Source: Chiloscyllium plagiosum (lineage: Eukaryota). Taken from it: a stretch of DNA of 64,000 nt. This document shows positions 1 through 11,867 of the stretch, piece by piece; position 1 is the stretch's first letter; each line of letters opens with the position of its first letter. The DNA lies in contig NW_025215381.1 of the NCBI RefSeq assembly GCF_004010195.1, forward strand, positions 776,184-840,183, written 5' to 3'. The notes under the pieces are model-generated. The model had not been told where the DNA came from, made no database searches, and saw only the letters and a program-made list of their open reading frames with translations. The position numbers and the translations under genes are program-made.

Positions 1-14
1 CACTGGGACCTGGT

Positions 15-205
15 GTGGGAGTGGAGGTGGGGGGGGGGGCAGGGTTGGGCGTGGGGGCGGAGTTAGGAGTGAGGGTGGAGTTAGGTGTGGGGGCGGAGTT
101 AGGCGTGGAGCAGGAGGTAGGCGTCGGGGCGGGGTTAGGTGTGGGGGCTGAGTTAGGCGTAGGGACAGGGTTAGGTGTGGGGGCGGGGATCGGCGTGGGG
201 GCGGA
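15..205. repeat. G-rich ~18-bp minisatellite (GTGGGGGCGGAGTTAGGY)n
   Basis: Tandem units visible directly. Confidence 0.85.
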
Positions 206-224
206 GACGCATGCGACATGGTCT

Positions 225-420
225 TTCCCTTTCACCCTGACAGGAATATACTTTCTCTGGATTCTTGTTACCTCATTTCTGAAGGCTTCCCATTTTCCAG
301 CCGTCCCTTTACCTGCGAATGTCTGCCTCCAATCAGCTTTCGAAAGTTCTTACCCAATACCGTCAAAATTGGCCTTTCTCCAATTTAGAACTTCAACTTT
401 TAGATCTGGTCTGTCCTTTT
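225..420 (-). mobile_element. CR1/HER1 LINE fragment
   Basis: Reverse complement resembles the CR1 ORF2 region also present on + near 16890-17040. Confidence 0.6.
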
Positions 421-1590
421 TGAGCAAAGTCCAATGTGTCTGATTGTGGATATAGATACCACCATTACATGTGGGGACACCTCCCACCTTGAACATGGCA
501 GGTACTCATGTGACTCAGCCAACGTTGTCTATCTTATACGTTGCAGGCAAGGTGCCCTGAGGCATGGTACATTAGGGAAACCGAGCAGAGGCTATGACAA
601 CGGATGAATGGGCACCGCACAACAATCAACAGACAGGAGGGTTCCCTCCCAGTTGGGGAACACTTCAGTGGTCCAGGACATTCGACCTCGGACCTTCGGG
701 TGACCATCCTCCAAGGCGGACTTCGGGACAGGCAGCAGCGAAAAGTGGCCAAGCAGAGGCTGATAGCTAAGTTTGGTACCCATAGGGAGGGCCTCAACCA
801 GGACCTTGGGTTCATGTCACATTACAGGTGACCACCATTGCACCATACACACACGCACACACACCACACACACACGCACACACTCCTATACACGCATGCA
901 CACAGACACACATATATACAGACATGCACAGAGACACACATATACACAGACACACGCACTCCCACACTCATACATGCACCCCCTCACAGACTTAAGACAC
1001 TCTACACTCACTACACATACACTTTCTCACACTCACAACCCCCAACACAGACAGACACATACACAGACAATCAAAGACCCACATGCACACATATATGTTT
1101 GTGGGGTGAATTTGTACTTGCAGGGTTACATTGGACTTTGCTCAAAAACTGCACGAATTCATGTAAAACTTCGTTATCTCACTTTTTAGATTAGAATTAA
1201 TCTAAACATCTAGGCATAGACAGAGAACACAGGGGGCGAACACCTTCAACATATTGTCTAACTAACACCCATTGTTAACAGCTTACCTGAGAATGCAACT
1301 TTTAAAAAAAGGTGTTGTGATTTACACATGAAAGAAGTGAAACTATCATGGTATTCAAACAGGTGAAAGACTCAACAGACCATCAATTTTTTAATGTATA
1401 ATTTCAGTTACATCACACTGTAAAGTTTTGCTATAAATTCTGTGTTAGGATTGAGCCCTCCACTATCACCTGATGAAGGAGCGACGCTCTGAAAGCTAGT
1501 GTGCTTCCAATTAAACCTGTTGGACTATAACCTGGTGTTGTGTGATTTTTAACTTTATACACCCAGGTCCAACACCGGCATCTCCAAATT
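420..1590 (+). mobile_element. Penelope-like element 3' part (GIY-YIG C-terminus, CA-rich tract, hammerhead-containing terminus)
   Basis: ORF 604..831 MNGHR...PVGEHFSGPGH...GLNQDLGF is preceded by a YIRET-like (YIG) motif. CTGATGA...GAAA at 1470-1494. Confidence 0.85.
1467..1501 (+). ncRNA. Minimal type I hammerhead ribozyme motif
   Basis: cac-CTGATGA-a-ggagc-gac-gctct-GAAA-gc-TA-gtg: core, stem II, 3-bp stem I and palindromic AGCT stem III. Confidence 0.7.
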
Positions 1591-1875
1591 ATAAAATCAT
1601 GAGGGGCATGAATAGGATAAATAGACAAAATCTTTTCCCTGGGGTCGGGGAGTCCAGAACTAGAGGGCATAGGTTTAGGGTGAGAGAGGAAAGATATAAA
1701 AGGGACCTAAGGGGCAACATTTTCACACACAGGGTGGTACGTGTCTGGAATGAGCTGCCAGAGGAAGTGGTGGAGGCTGGTACAATTACAGTGTTTAAAA
1801 GGCATCTGGGTGGGTATATGAATAGGAAGGGTTTAGAGGGATATTGGCCAAGTCTGGCAAATGGGACTAGATTAA
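1590..1875 (+). mobile_element. CR1/HER1 LINE 3' fragment
   Basis: YKIMRGMNRI...TRGHRF...VVRVWNELPEEVVEA in ORF 1542..2075. Confidence 0.9.
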
Positions 1876-1877
1876 TC

Positions 1878-3545
1878 GCCCTGGGACATGCTCTCCAAAA
1901 TGGGCTTTGGGGAAGGAATCTGCAATTGGATTCGACAACTCTACACCAACATCTTTTGTGCATTCTCAATCAATGGTTGGGAATCAGAAAGCTTCTGATC
2001 AGATCTGGAGTCAGGGAGGGCTGCCCACTCTCTCCTGCCTTGTTGGTGTGTTGTACACAGTTTTTTTTTTGCTAAGGCCATCAGGAAGGATGTGAGCCTG
2101 AGAGGGGTGACGATTCCAGGCAGCAGAGGCCTGCAGGTCATAGCCTCCCTGTACATGGATAACATCGCCGTTTTCTGCTCCGATCCGCTGTCAATGTGCA
2201 GTCATGAGCATCTATGGCCTGTTCAAACTGGCCTCGAGAGTCAAGCTAAATCAAGGCAAAAGCGAGGCCATATTCTTTGGAAACTGGCCGATCAATCCTT
2301 TATCTCCTTCAGCGTCCAGACAGATTACCTAAAAGTGCTGGGAATAAGGTTCAGAGGGGCTGGGGAGCATGAGAAAAACCTTACAAGGAGTGTATCGCCA
2401 AGGTGAGGCAGAAACTGAGCCGATAAGAGGACCACTGCCTCTCCATTGCAGGTAAGAACCTGATCATCAGTTGTAAGGCACTCTCTCTGTTGTGGTATGT
2501 GGCACAGGTCTGGCCCATAGCCTGTGCCGTTGCAATCAGCCAAGCCATCTTCCACTTCATTTAGAGGTCAAAACTGGACAGGGAAACCACGTCCAAAGCT
2601 CTGGATAAAGGAGAATGCACCAAACGCTGCCCTCATCCTGATGTGCACCTTCCAGTGCAGCTGCATCGAGCTCCAAGTAGTTGTGCTGTCCTGTATCACC
2701 TGTTCCTCATGGAAAAATCTGTGAAAGGAAACGCCTTTGACCACAAGTCCACCAGGAAATGGTCAGCAGATGGCGTCCTTGAGACCCTGCAGGAAAAGGA
2801 GAGGGGCGGACCCCTGAGCAGACTGCCAAAGTTACTCGTCAGAATGCCTCACTGCCAGAACTTTCCAAAAGGTTTACCTGGTGGTGAGAAGGGCACTACC
2901 CATCAGATCCTTCATGCATGCTCAGTCACTATGCAGCACCACACGCTACCCTCAAAGCGGCTGTGCTGGTGAAGAGACTGTCACGCATCTTCTTCTGGAA
3001 TGTGCTTTTTGCTGGAGAGAGACGCAGTGGATTTTTCGAGGTTTGTCCCAGGAAGCTCCATGACGCAGGACTCTGGTCTTCAGGCATAACTGAGGACACA
3101 TACTGAAACGAACAGCAACTGGTCCTGCAGAGCCATCAATTCAGTGAAAGATGCTCTTTGGCCTGTCTGAAACTTGTCGGTCTTCCAGTGTAGAGTTGAC
3201 CTGGACTGAGTGTTGCAGACTGGCACCTTCCAATGTCCAGGACTTCACGCTGAGGGACAGACTAAAGTTTGGGGCACCCTCCTCCACTGTGCAGTGGGGA
3301 AGGACCACTACCTCAGGTCTTTCTGCCGAAATAAAGTGAGGGCCTGTTGAGTTATCAGATCTTCCTATTGCCTCAATATATGAGTACTGCATGAGTAAGA
3401 AATGCCTTTGATTTTTACGCTACAGGAAATGTCAAATTCCAGTGTATGTTTTTCTTGATACACAAGGACTGTAGAGCCCCACTTAAGAATCTGTGAATGT
3501 GGATCAAGATTATTTATGAATATAATTTGTAATGATAAAAATAAA
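1878..3545 (+). mobile_element. Degraded L1-Tx1 clade ORF2 (RT to C-terminus) and 3' UTR
   Basis: SGVREGCPLSPAL, SLYMDN(D), DYLKVLGIRF and EETVTHLLLECAF (CCHC zinc-knuckle-like) motifs, split by frameshifts. Confidence 0.85.
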
Positions 3546-3887
3546 CTGTCCCTGTGTCAAAATTCTGGAAGCCACTCCCTTAGAGAAGTGTGGGTGTACC
3601 TACATTACAGGGGCTGCCTTAGTTCAAGAAAGCAGCTCCCCAATACTTCCTCAACAGCAATTACGGATGGGCAATAAGTGTTGGCACTGCCAGTGACACC
3701 GACATCTTAGGAATTTGTTCCTATCTCTCTGCACACCACTGTTTGGCCAGTCTACAAACTTTATTTTGAGTCAAAGACCCCTATTTAAACTCAGAACAAA
3801 GTCTTGTGGCACTGAATCTCTCCCATTTCGATTGGGTTCAAATCTCACCTGTGACAGATTTGTGTTTTTACATATCTGATCGATTTC

Positions 3888-4208
3888 GATTAGATGAGAT
3901 TAGATTCCCTACAGTGTGGAAACAGGCCCTTCGGCCCAACTAGTCCACACCGACCCTCTAAAGAGTAACCCACCCAGATCCATTTCCCTCTGACTAATGT
4001 ACCTAACAATACGGGGCAATTTAGCATGGCCAGTTCACCTGACCTGCACACCTTTTGGACGGTGGGAGGAAACCAGAGCACCCGGAGGAAATCCATGTAG
4101 ACTCAGAGAATGTGCAAACTCCACACAGACAGTAACCTGAGACTGGAATCAAACGTGGGTTCCTGGCGCTGCGAGGCAGCAGTGCTAACCACTGAGCCAC
4201 TGTGCCGC
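3888..4208 (-). mobile_element. HE1-like tRNA-derived (V-)SINE
   Basis: tRNA-like head with A/B boxes, V-domain-like GTGTGGAGTTTGCAC..., and (TAATC)n tail. Confidence 0.9.
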
Positions 4209-4419
4209 TCTTGAGCCTTTCGTTTAAGAAAGGTGAAAATATTTAGCATTTGTGGAGGTAAGACAGAGTTAACATGGTTTTCAGAATCAGTATTGTTTTG
4301 GTGCAGAAGGAGGCCATTCAGCCCATTGTGTCTGCACTGGCTCCCCGACTGAGCACCATGACTTCATACTATTCATCCACCCTTTGCCTGTAATCCTGCA
4401 CATTGTTTCTATGGAAATG

Positions 4420-4612
4420 ACATCACCACAGGAAATTACATCACCAACCCAACTTAACACCTAAATAGAAAGTAGATCATAACACCAGTGCTTCATCCTG
4501 AGGCTCACTGAAGATGTTACCCAGTACAGTGACAAAACGTCTGGAAACGAACCTTCCAGCTCAGCGAGAACCTACATCTAGAACCTCACCCTGAGCTACA
4601 AATTTTCTCAAA
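4420..4612 (+). mobile_element. Penelope-like 3' terminus with degenerate hammerhead
   Basis: Homologous to the minus-strand PLE end at 7745-7910; CTGAAGA-tgttacc...AAAACGTC at 4508-4541. Confidence 0.7.
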
Positions 4613-5099
4613 TTTGTTTCTGTTCAAATAATCATCCGATGTCCTGTTGAATGCTTTGATCGAACCTATCCCTACTGTACTTTCAGGCTGGGTTTTCCAA
4701 TTCCATCATCCATTGTTTTTTGTTCTCTATACCTCAGCCAATTTTGCATCTGCTTGGCTTCTGCCCTTTTTATTTCATGAGCTATATCCTTTCCCATGGG
4801 TCTGTTGTGTGGCATGCCATTGGACAACTATGTGTACCATATCAAATGTATTCCCCTCATCAACCCTCTCTGCTACCTCTCCCAAAAACTCCAGCAGTTT
4901 AGCTAAACAAGATTTTTCCTTACTTACTGTTCCTAATTAACTCATAGTTGTCCATATGACTATTAATTCTATCTGTTTTTAGTTGGATTTGGATGTCTGT
5001 TAAGAGAATCAGTAATTATCACTTGGTTTGTATTGTTGTTTGTAATCATGCACCATTTCCAGTAGAAGTGGTCGTGGAGGAGCACTTGTGAGAGGTTTT

Positions 5100-5481
5100 C
5101 GGTAAAGTATTTCTAATGGCTTGTGATTCAACATATTTTAGTGTTTAAAAACATGATTCTTCCTGCTGCCATGAGCTACTGGAGGTTTGTGACCTGCTCA
5201 TGTTTAGTTTTCCTGAGAATGGGAATGGCATTTGTGATACAGAAACAACCCGGCCAATTTTCAACAAGACAGTCCATTTGCTGTCCAATGATATTGTGGT
5301 TGATGGATAATCCAAATGGTAACCCGGAACAAGATTTACTGATGCTAAAAGTTGTCCGTTCTTGTGAATCTGGGGAACAATGTATGGACCAATATGCATT
5401 CTTGGCATCAGCCTCACACCTGAGGACTTGGTATTTAGCTCTTCCAGGATAGGAATCCTTTAGGGTCATCATTTTAACCAA
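5100..5481 (-). mobile_element. Gypsy LTR-retrotransposon RT fragment
   Basis: DAKNAYWSI...SQERTTF...LPFGLS...QQMD in ORF 5176..5481. Confidence 0.75.
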
Positions 5482-5601
5482 TTTTCAGTCACCTTGGAAC
5501 TAAACACACACAGGGAATGCCACTTTTCTCCAAAACAAAAATCACAGGATTGCACCAGTGATGCTCATGCTTGCCATGGAATCCAGTTCCAGATTGATCT
5601 T

Positions 5602-5728
5602 ATTCCTGATGAAGGGCTTTTGCCCCAAAACATCGATTCTCCTGCTCCTCGGATGCTGCCTGACCTGCTGTGCTTTTCCAGCACCACACTCTCGACTCTG
5701 ACCCCCAGCATCTGCAGCCCTCACTTTC
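5602..5728 (+). mobile_element. PLE terminal repeat with degenerate hammerhead
   Basis: CTGATGAagggcttttgccc...; same family as copies near 28290, 33127, 46680, 57110 and 61912. Confidence 0.8.
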
Positions 5729-6461
5729 GCATAGTTAAACTAGATCAGCCTCCTTATCTTTGTATTAGCAACAGAGTAAAATGGTGACGTAGGGAACCAG
5801 TGTGGCAGACGATGACTCGTTGAGAAAGACAAAGCAAGCCAGCATGATTGGTTACGCTAATGTTATCCGATAAGTACGGGAACAACAACTGTATAAACTG
5901 CAGAAGGATAAAGTGCTTGTGGGCAGTCAGGGATTTTACTGGCTGCCACAACTTTGATTTTGCTAGATTAAAGTTTAATTTTGTAACAGATTTTCTGTGT
6001 CTCCTGGTACTTTTTTTATTGAACGTTGAGTGATTCTTCCACAGCATGTGCAGGGCACTCGCCTGGGAAGGGAAATAGGACAGGACCCTGGGATTCGCGT
6101 TTACTCTCTCACCTCTCTTCGCCTCTGTCACCCAGTAATTAACAGCTCTCCATAATTCAAACCCCTTCTGTACCAAGTTGGAGTTGCAAGGGTTAACTGG
6201 AGTTTTAGTTGCTGTCGGACAAATCTCATTTCACTTGATGCAGAGCATTGTTTTTTTTCTAAATAGCCATTGTTTTCAGTTATTGTACATATTTTCAATT
6301 TTACTTGTTTTAATAAACTCAGAATTTCCTTTGCCTCTGAAGCATCTGTCACCTGTGTTTTGCACCACACCTCACTACCTCAGAACCAAAGAGTTGGTGT
6401 CCAATAAACCAATCAACACTCCCTACTTGTGGTGACCACAAAGGGAGATTGGTAGAGTGAA

Positions 6462-6648
6462 GATTTGGAGATGCCAGTGTTGGACTGGGGTGTACAAAGT
6501 TAAATATCACACAACACCAGGTTATAGTCCGACAGGTTTAATTGGAAACACTAGCTTTCATCAGGTCCTGATGAAGGAGCTGCACTCTGAAAGCTAGTGC
6601 TTCCAAATAAACCTGCTGGACTATAACCTGGTGTTGTGCGATTTTAAA
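6462..6648. mobile_element. Palindromic PLE-terminus insertion with hammerhead motif
   Basis: Inverted copies of the 1470-1590 terminus; flanked by GGTAGAGTGAA (6451-6461) and GGCAGAGTGAA (6652-6662). Confidence 0.8.
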
Positions 6649-7774
6649 GTGGGCAGAGTGAATGTGGTGTTCTGGAGGGTGTAACAGTGGCCCAGAACCG
6701 GATGGATGAGAGTATTTCCTCTGATGTGTTGAAGAGAGTAAATATTTCAAGGGGTTGGGTTCTAGAAGAACCAAGTGTTCCTGAGAAAGTGGCAGCCTGG
6801 TGGATAGAGAGCAAACAGTACAAGCGCTCCATGGAAAAGGCAATCTGGCTCCTATGTTTACAGAGACAGGTCCAAGCATTAGACAGGAGGGTTGAGGAAT
6901 TAAAGGGAGCACTGATGGAGGCAGAGGACGGCTGCACCTTATGGACCAGGACAGGTGAGATGCTGCATGAGGACCTGCAGTGGGGGAGGCAGGAAAGATG
7001 GTAGATGGAAGAATGACTCCGAAATCAAACAGACTACTTGCAGTGCCAGGCCACAGAGGCTAAAACCGGGTGCTGAGACAGGAAACCAAGTGCCTGGGTG
7101 ATCAAGTTAAGGCACAGCAGGAGAAGCTGAAAGATATACAGACAGCCTGTAAGGTGGCTTGCCGGGAAGAGCACAGTCCCTGCCAAGAACAAATTCACAA
7201 ACTAAGCCAAGATTTGTCCCAGGCTGGAGGCATGGTGTGCTTGGCCAGTCTTGGAGAAGCTCAGAGAGGCAGGAAGGGGCGAGACGGTTATGAGTTGGAG
7301 GGCAGTCAGGGATGCTTGGTCACTGGGGTCACTGGAGGGGGGAGGTTCGGTGTGGCAGCCGGGAGAGCAGTTAGACGGAAGGGGAGGGTAAGTCCCTGGA
7401 TTACAATTGTAATCCTGGATTGTACCAGGAGCAGATCCAGTCTGGAAGCAGGTGAAGGCTCGTTCAGTACCAAGAGCACTGGGAGAAGGCCCGGGCCAAC
7501 AGGGAGTGTAGGGCCAGTGCAAGAAGGTTAGGGGTCAGGGCCAATGTGCCTGGGCTGACAACACAAATATGGCACGCTCCAGGATGGGCAGGACGGAGGG
7601 GATTTGGAGAGCCAGTTCAAGTACCCACGCAGCTTGGGGCCAAAGTGGACCATGTAGAGAAATTGACATATATTGGGGGGGGGCCCATCCGTCCACTACA
7701 TGGAAGTGGAGCAAGTGAGGGAGATCAACAGAGAGTTAGGGTGTAGGTTTGCTCGCTGAGCTGTAGTTTGATAT

Positions 7775-7814
7775 CCAGACGTTTCATTACCTGGCTAGGT
7801 AACATCATCAGTGG
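7775..7814 (-). ncRNA. Intact minimal type I hammerhead ribozyme motif
   Basis: cca-CTGATGA-t-gttacct-agcc-aggtaat-GAAAC-GTC-tgg: full core, 7-bp stem II, GUC triplet, cca/tgg stem I. Confidence 0.8.
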
Positions 7815-8023
7815 TGACGTCCAAGTGAAGCGAAGCTGTTGTCTCCTGCTTTCTATTTATATCTTTCTCCTGGATGGGGTTCCTGGGGTTTGTGGTGATG
7901 TCATTTCCTGTTCGTTTTCTGAGGGGTTGATAGATGGCATCTAGATCTATGTGTTTGTTTATGGCATTGTAGTTGGAGTGCCAGGCCTCTGGGAATTCTC
8001 TGGCATGTTTTTGCTTAGCCTGT

Positions 8024-8143
8024 GCTGAAAATGTGTTGCTGGAAAAGCGCAGCAGGTCAGGCAGCATCCAAGGAGCAGGCTGCGCTTTTCCAGCAACACA
8101 TTTTCAGCTCTAATCTCCAGCATCTGCAGTCCTCACTTTCTCC
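8024..8143. mobile_element. Short palindromic PLE-terminus insertion nested in a Penelope element
   Basis: Inverted gctgaaaatgtgttgctggaaaagcgcagc arms; direct repeat TTTGCTTAGC(C/G)TGT at 8010-8023 and 8144-8157. Confidence 0.8.
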
Positions 8144-9854
8144 TTTGCTTAGCGTGTCCCAGGATAGATGTGTTGTCCCAGTCGAAATGGTTTTTTTTTC
8201 ATCCGTGTGTAGGGCTACGAGGGAGAGAGGGTCGTGTCTTTTTGTGGCTAGCTGGTGTTCGTGTATCCTGGTGGCTAATTTTCTTCCTGTTTGTCCTGCG
8301 TAATGTTTGTGGCAGTCCTTGCATGGAATTTTGTAGATGACGTTGGTTTTGTCCATGGGTTGTACTGGGTCTTTTTAGTTTGTCAGTTTTTGTTTGAGAG
8401 TGTTGGTGGGTTTGTGTGCTACTAGGATTCCTTCACCAACCTTCACAAACCTTGCATCAACAGAGATTCTGCGATGATGCAGAACTGGCCAAGTTGCTGC
8501 TGTTCTTATTGAACAGCAGACTGTACAAGGCCCTGTCTGGGGATAGTAAACGAGGACGTAATGCCTCGGCAGCTGAACACGAAGAGATCCTGAAGGCAAT
8601 GGGCTTCAATACCGGGAGCCTATTGTCCCGTGTAGCGAGCATCTTGCAGGTGGCAGGAGAAACCCCACAGGCCGTCGCTGACAGGCTGTGGCCTGCTCAT
8701 ACAAGCACCTGTGGAGGGAACCTGGAAAGGGATAACTTTAGAAGTGGAAACCAGGCTCATTGGCTCTGCATCCTGATGGCTAACAGCTTACCAAGGTTGC
8801 AGGCAAAGACTGATCCCCAAATCACGGAGGAATCCTTGATAAGACAGTTGTCCCTCGCTTTTTGGAATAGGTAGGAGGAGAAAGTGTAGCCCGGATCTTT
8901 GAGATCAAACCGTTCCAGGGTAAGAAGGAGTGGCGCCAGGAGGAAGGCAGCTCTCCTAACAGGAAGGGTATGTCCTTTGGGTGTGAAAAATCCTGGATAT
9001 AGGATTGCCCCAATCCCTGGAAGAGAGGGGAGGGAAGGGATTTCCCCCACAGCCACGGGAAAATCAAATCCCACCCCATAGAGCCTCCACCCCACCACCG
9101 CCCCCCCCCCCCACCTCCAGGTGCCATGGAGGGTTTCATGGAAGCACTCAAGGCTGTCCTGGGTTGTGGGCGGGGGTGGGGGTGCGGGGGGGGGGAAGGG
9201 GGAGTCGCAGGAGCAACAGGTGTAGGAGCCCCCAGGGCCCTACAGCAACTCCGAGATGTGACCTCAGCCGGAAGGGGTTTAGGGTGAACCCAAAGAAGGG
9301 ACAGATCAGCCAGCCAGGAAGGGAATTCCTGGGGCTGACTGTGCAGGTGAGGGAGAGGGGAAAGATCGGACCCTGTGCTCAGGGCAAGCACCAGGCTGGC
9401 ACACTGGCCCAAGAAGGCACCCAAACAGGTCCCTTCTGGGACCTGAGCAGCAAAGAACTGATAGTAGCAGCCAGGGATAGAGGGAAAGCAAAGGGGGAAT
9501 GCAAGGATCCTGTCCTTAACCCTCACCTGGGAAGACTGACTGGGGGAAAGACGGTAGCAAGTCCACACAAAATAATGAGGCTGCTGGATGGGGTGGGCCG
9601 CAAGCAAGAAGGCAGCAGCCCCAGGCTGTGGAGAGCGCCCAGGGAAAGGCCCAGTCCCACAGACCACTGAGCATGGGCAGGTGAATTGCTACACAGGGTA
9701 GGTTAGCCCACCCATAGTTTGGGACTCAGGAAGTTCCCAGCGCTCCCAAGGGACGCCACACTCCCACAGGTCACAGATCAGACAGCATCACAGATCAGGA
9801 ATGGCTGCCAAAGGAAGTCACAGTACCACAGAGCGTTAGGCCTGGGCAGGGGCA

Positions 9855-10065
9855 CATGGAATAAGCTGCCAGCGGAAGTGGTCGAGGCGGGTACATTAAC
9901 AACATTTAAAAGGCATTTGGACAAATACATGGATTAGGAAGGTTTAGAGGGATATGGGCCAAGTGCAGGGAAATGAGGTTAGCGTGGATGGACATTTTGG
10001 TCGGCATGGACCAGTTTGGGCCCAAGGGCCTGTCTCGGTGCTGTAGGACTCTATGACTCTATGAC
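9855..10065 (+). mobile_element. CR1/HER1 LINE 3' end
   Basis: WNKLPAEVVEAGT...FKRHLDKYMD plus (ACTCTATG)n tail. Confidence 0.85.
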
Positions 10066-10320
10066 ACAGCATGTAATGAAACAGGAAGCAGACAAGAAAT
10101 AAATAGTTTTGCTAGTGGGGATAAAGTGTTGGCATTACTACCAGTGGTAGGTGAACCTTTAAAAGCAAGATTGAGTGGGCCTTATCAAATTGAGTGAGGT
10201 TAAATATTTAATAAAACACCAGAAATAAGGAAAACTTACAGTTCATGTCATGTGAATATGATCAAGAAGTATTTTGATAGGAAAGGAAAGCAAAAGAGAA
10301 TGCATTACTTGTTATAATTC

Positions 10321-10528
10321 TACACCAGGTGATAGTCCGACAGGTTTATTTGGAAGGACTAGCTTTCAGAGTGCTGCTCCTTCATCAGGTGGTTGTGACA
10401 CAACTATCTGATGAAGGAGCGTCACTCCGAAAGCTAGTGCTTCCCAATAAACCTGTTGGACCATAACCTGGTGTTGTGTGATTTTTAACTTTGTACACCC
10501 CAGTCCAATATTTGGCACCTCCAAATCA
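10321..10528. mobile_element. Palindromic PLE-terminus insertion with two oppositely oriented hammerhead motifs
   Basis: Minus-strand core at ~10358-10391, plus-strand core at 10408-10439; flanked by TTGTTATA at 10309-10316 and 10529-10536. Confidence 0.8.
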
Positions 10529-10694
10529 TTGTTATAGCTCAGAGTGAAGAACCAAATCCAGATGATTCTGATTTTGACATTCCTCAAATTAATTTAGACA
10601 ATGAAGAAGTTCTCAAAAATTGGGATAAATTATTGAATTCTAGAGGGAGATACAAATGACCTGAAAAAGCTATTACAATCACGTGGAGAGATAT

Positions 10695-11014
10695 TAGATT
10701 AGATTAGATTAGATTACTTACAGTGTGGAAACAGGCCCTTCGGCCCAACAAGTCCACACTGACTCGCCGAAGCGCAACCCACCCATACCCCTACATTTAT
10801 CCCTTTAACCTAACACTATGGGCAATTTAGCGTGGCCAATTCACCTGACCCTGCACATCTTTGGACTGTGGGAGGAAACCGGAGCACCCGGAGGAAACCC
10901 ACACAGACACGGGGAGAACGTGCAAACTCCACACAGTCAGTCGCCTGAGTCGGGAATTGAACCCGGGTCTCTGGCGCTGTGAGGCAGCAGTGCTAACCAC
11001 TGTGCCACCGTGCC
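10695..11014 (-). mobile_element. HE1-like SINE
   Basis: Near-identical to the copy at 37838-38158. Confidence 0.92.
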
Positions 11015-11867
11015 GGATATGTGGGAATAAACTGAGAAGTGCTAAACTGTAGGTATAGAAAATGTTGTTCCAATTAAGCAACATTTTTATAGGTGTAACC
11101 CTCAAAATTGGCACAGGTTCAAAACACAGATTCAAAGTATTCTCAGAGACAACACAATTGAAGTGTACAGCAAAAGGAACACAGTGATGGTACAGAAACC
11201 AGATGGTACCCAACGGTTATGTGTGGACTATCGCAAACTCAGAAAATCCGATTATTACAAAAATCTGATTGCGCACTTGGAAGACTGCATTGAGAAGGTG
11301 GGACAAGCATCTTATATTTCTAAACTGGGCTTACTCGGAAGATATTGGCAGGTACCTTTATTCAAACAAGTGAAGGAAATTTCAGCTTTCGTGACCAGTT
11401 TAAAGTCATGCCATTTAATATGAAGAATGTGCGAGCCAAATTTCAAAGATTATTCAATAAGGTCAGTTTGGAATTACCTAATTTGGTAATATACAATAAA
11501 TGATCTGGTGATTTTTAGTCCCATATGGAAGACTATTTGCAGCTGCTAGCGGAAGTATTTGATTGACTGCAGCAGGTGGGCTTGGTAATAAGTCTGGCTA
11601 AGGATGAGTTTGCAAAAGCCCAAGTTACATTCCTGGGCCATACCATTGAACATGGAGAGATGGCCCCAAGGGATGTCAAAACAAAGGTTATTGTAAAAAC
11701 AAGATTTCCCATACCATCAACGAAGAAGGAAATACTACAATTCCTGGACCTGAGTGTTTTTTACTGGAAATCTGTACTGAATTTTAGCAGTGTGGTTGTT
11801 CCACTAACTGACTTGTTGAGGAAGTGCACAAGATTTCAATGGACTGAGGAGTATGAAAAGGCATTTA

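Larger units (their letters stand above)
7742..8440 (-). mobile_element. Penelope-like element 3' part (GIY-YIG endonuclease)
   Basis: TNVIYKIPCKDCHKHYAGQTGRKLATRIHEH...REFPEAWHS in ORFs 8057..8356 and 7795..8067. Confidence 0.9.
5760..9855 (+). mobile_element. Decayed, internally deleted LTR retroelement (probable 5' LTR ~5760-6428, tRNA-Arg PBS, gag-like and RT remnants)
   Basis: TGGTGACCACAAAGGGA at 6430-6446 is a CpG-decayed complement of the tRNA-Arg(UCG) 3' end, with an AATAAA ~25 nt upstream. Coiled-coil-like ORF pieces at 6687-7250; RT-like GFRVNPKKGQI...EFLGLTV near 9275-9345. Confidence 0.6.

Noticed and set aside
15..443. Gly/Val-rich 142-aa ORF
   Set aside because: Minisatellite fused to an antisense CR1 fragment.
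773..1194. His/Thr-rich ORFs
   Set aside because: Translation of a degenerate (CA)n tract in the Penelope 3' region.
8822..9667. 281-aa minus-strand ORF
   Set aside because: Antisense to a GC-rich LTR-element remnant; no recognisable domain.
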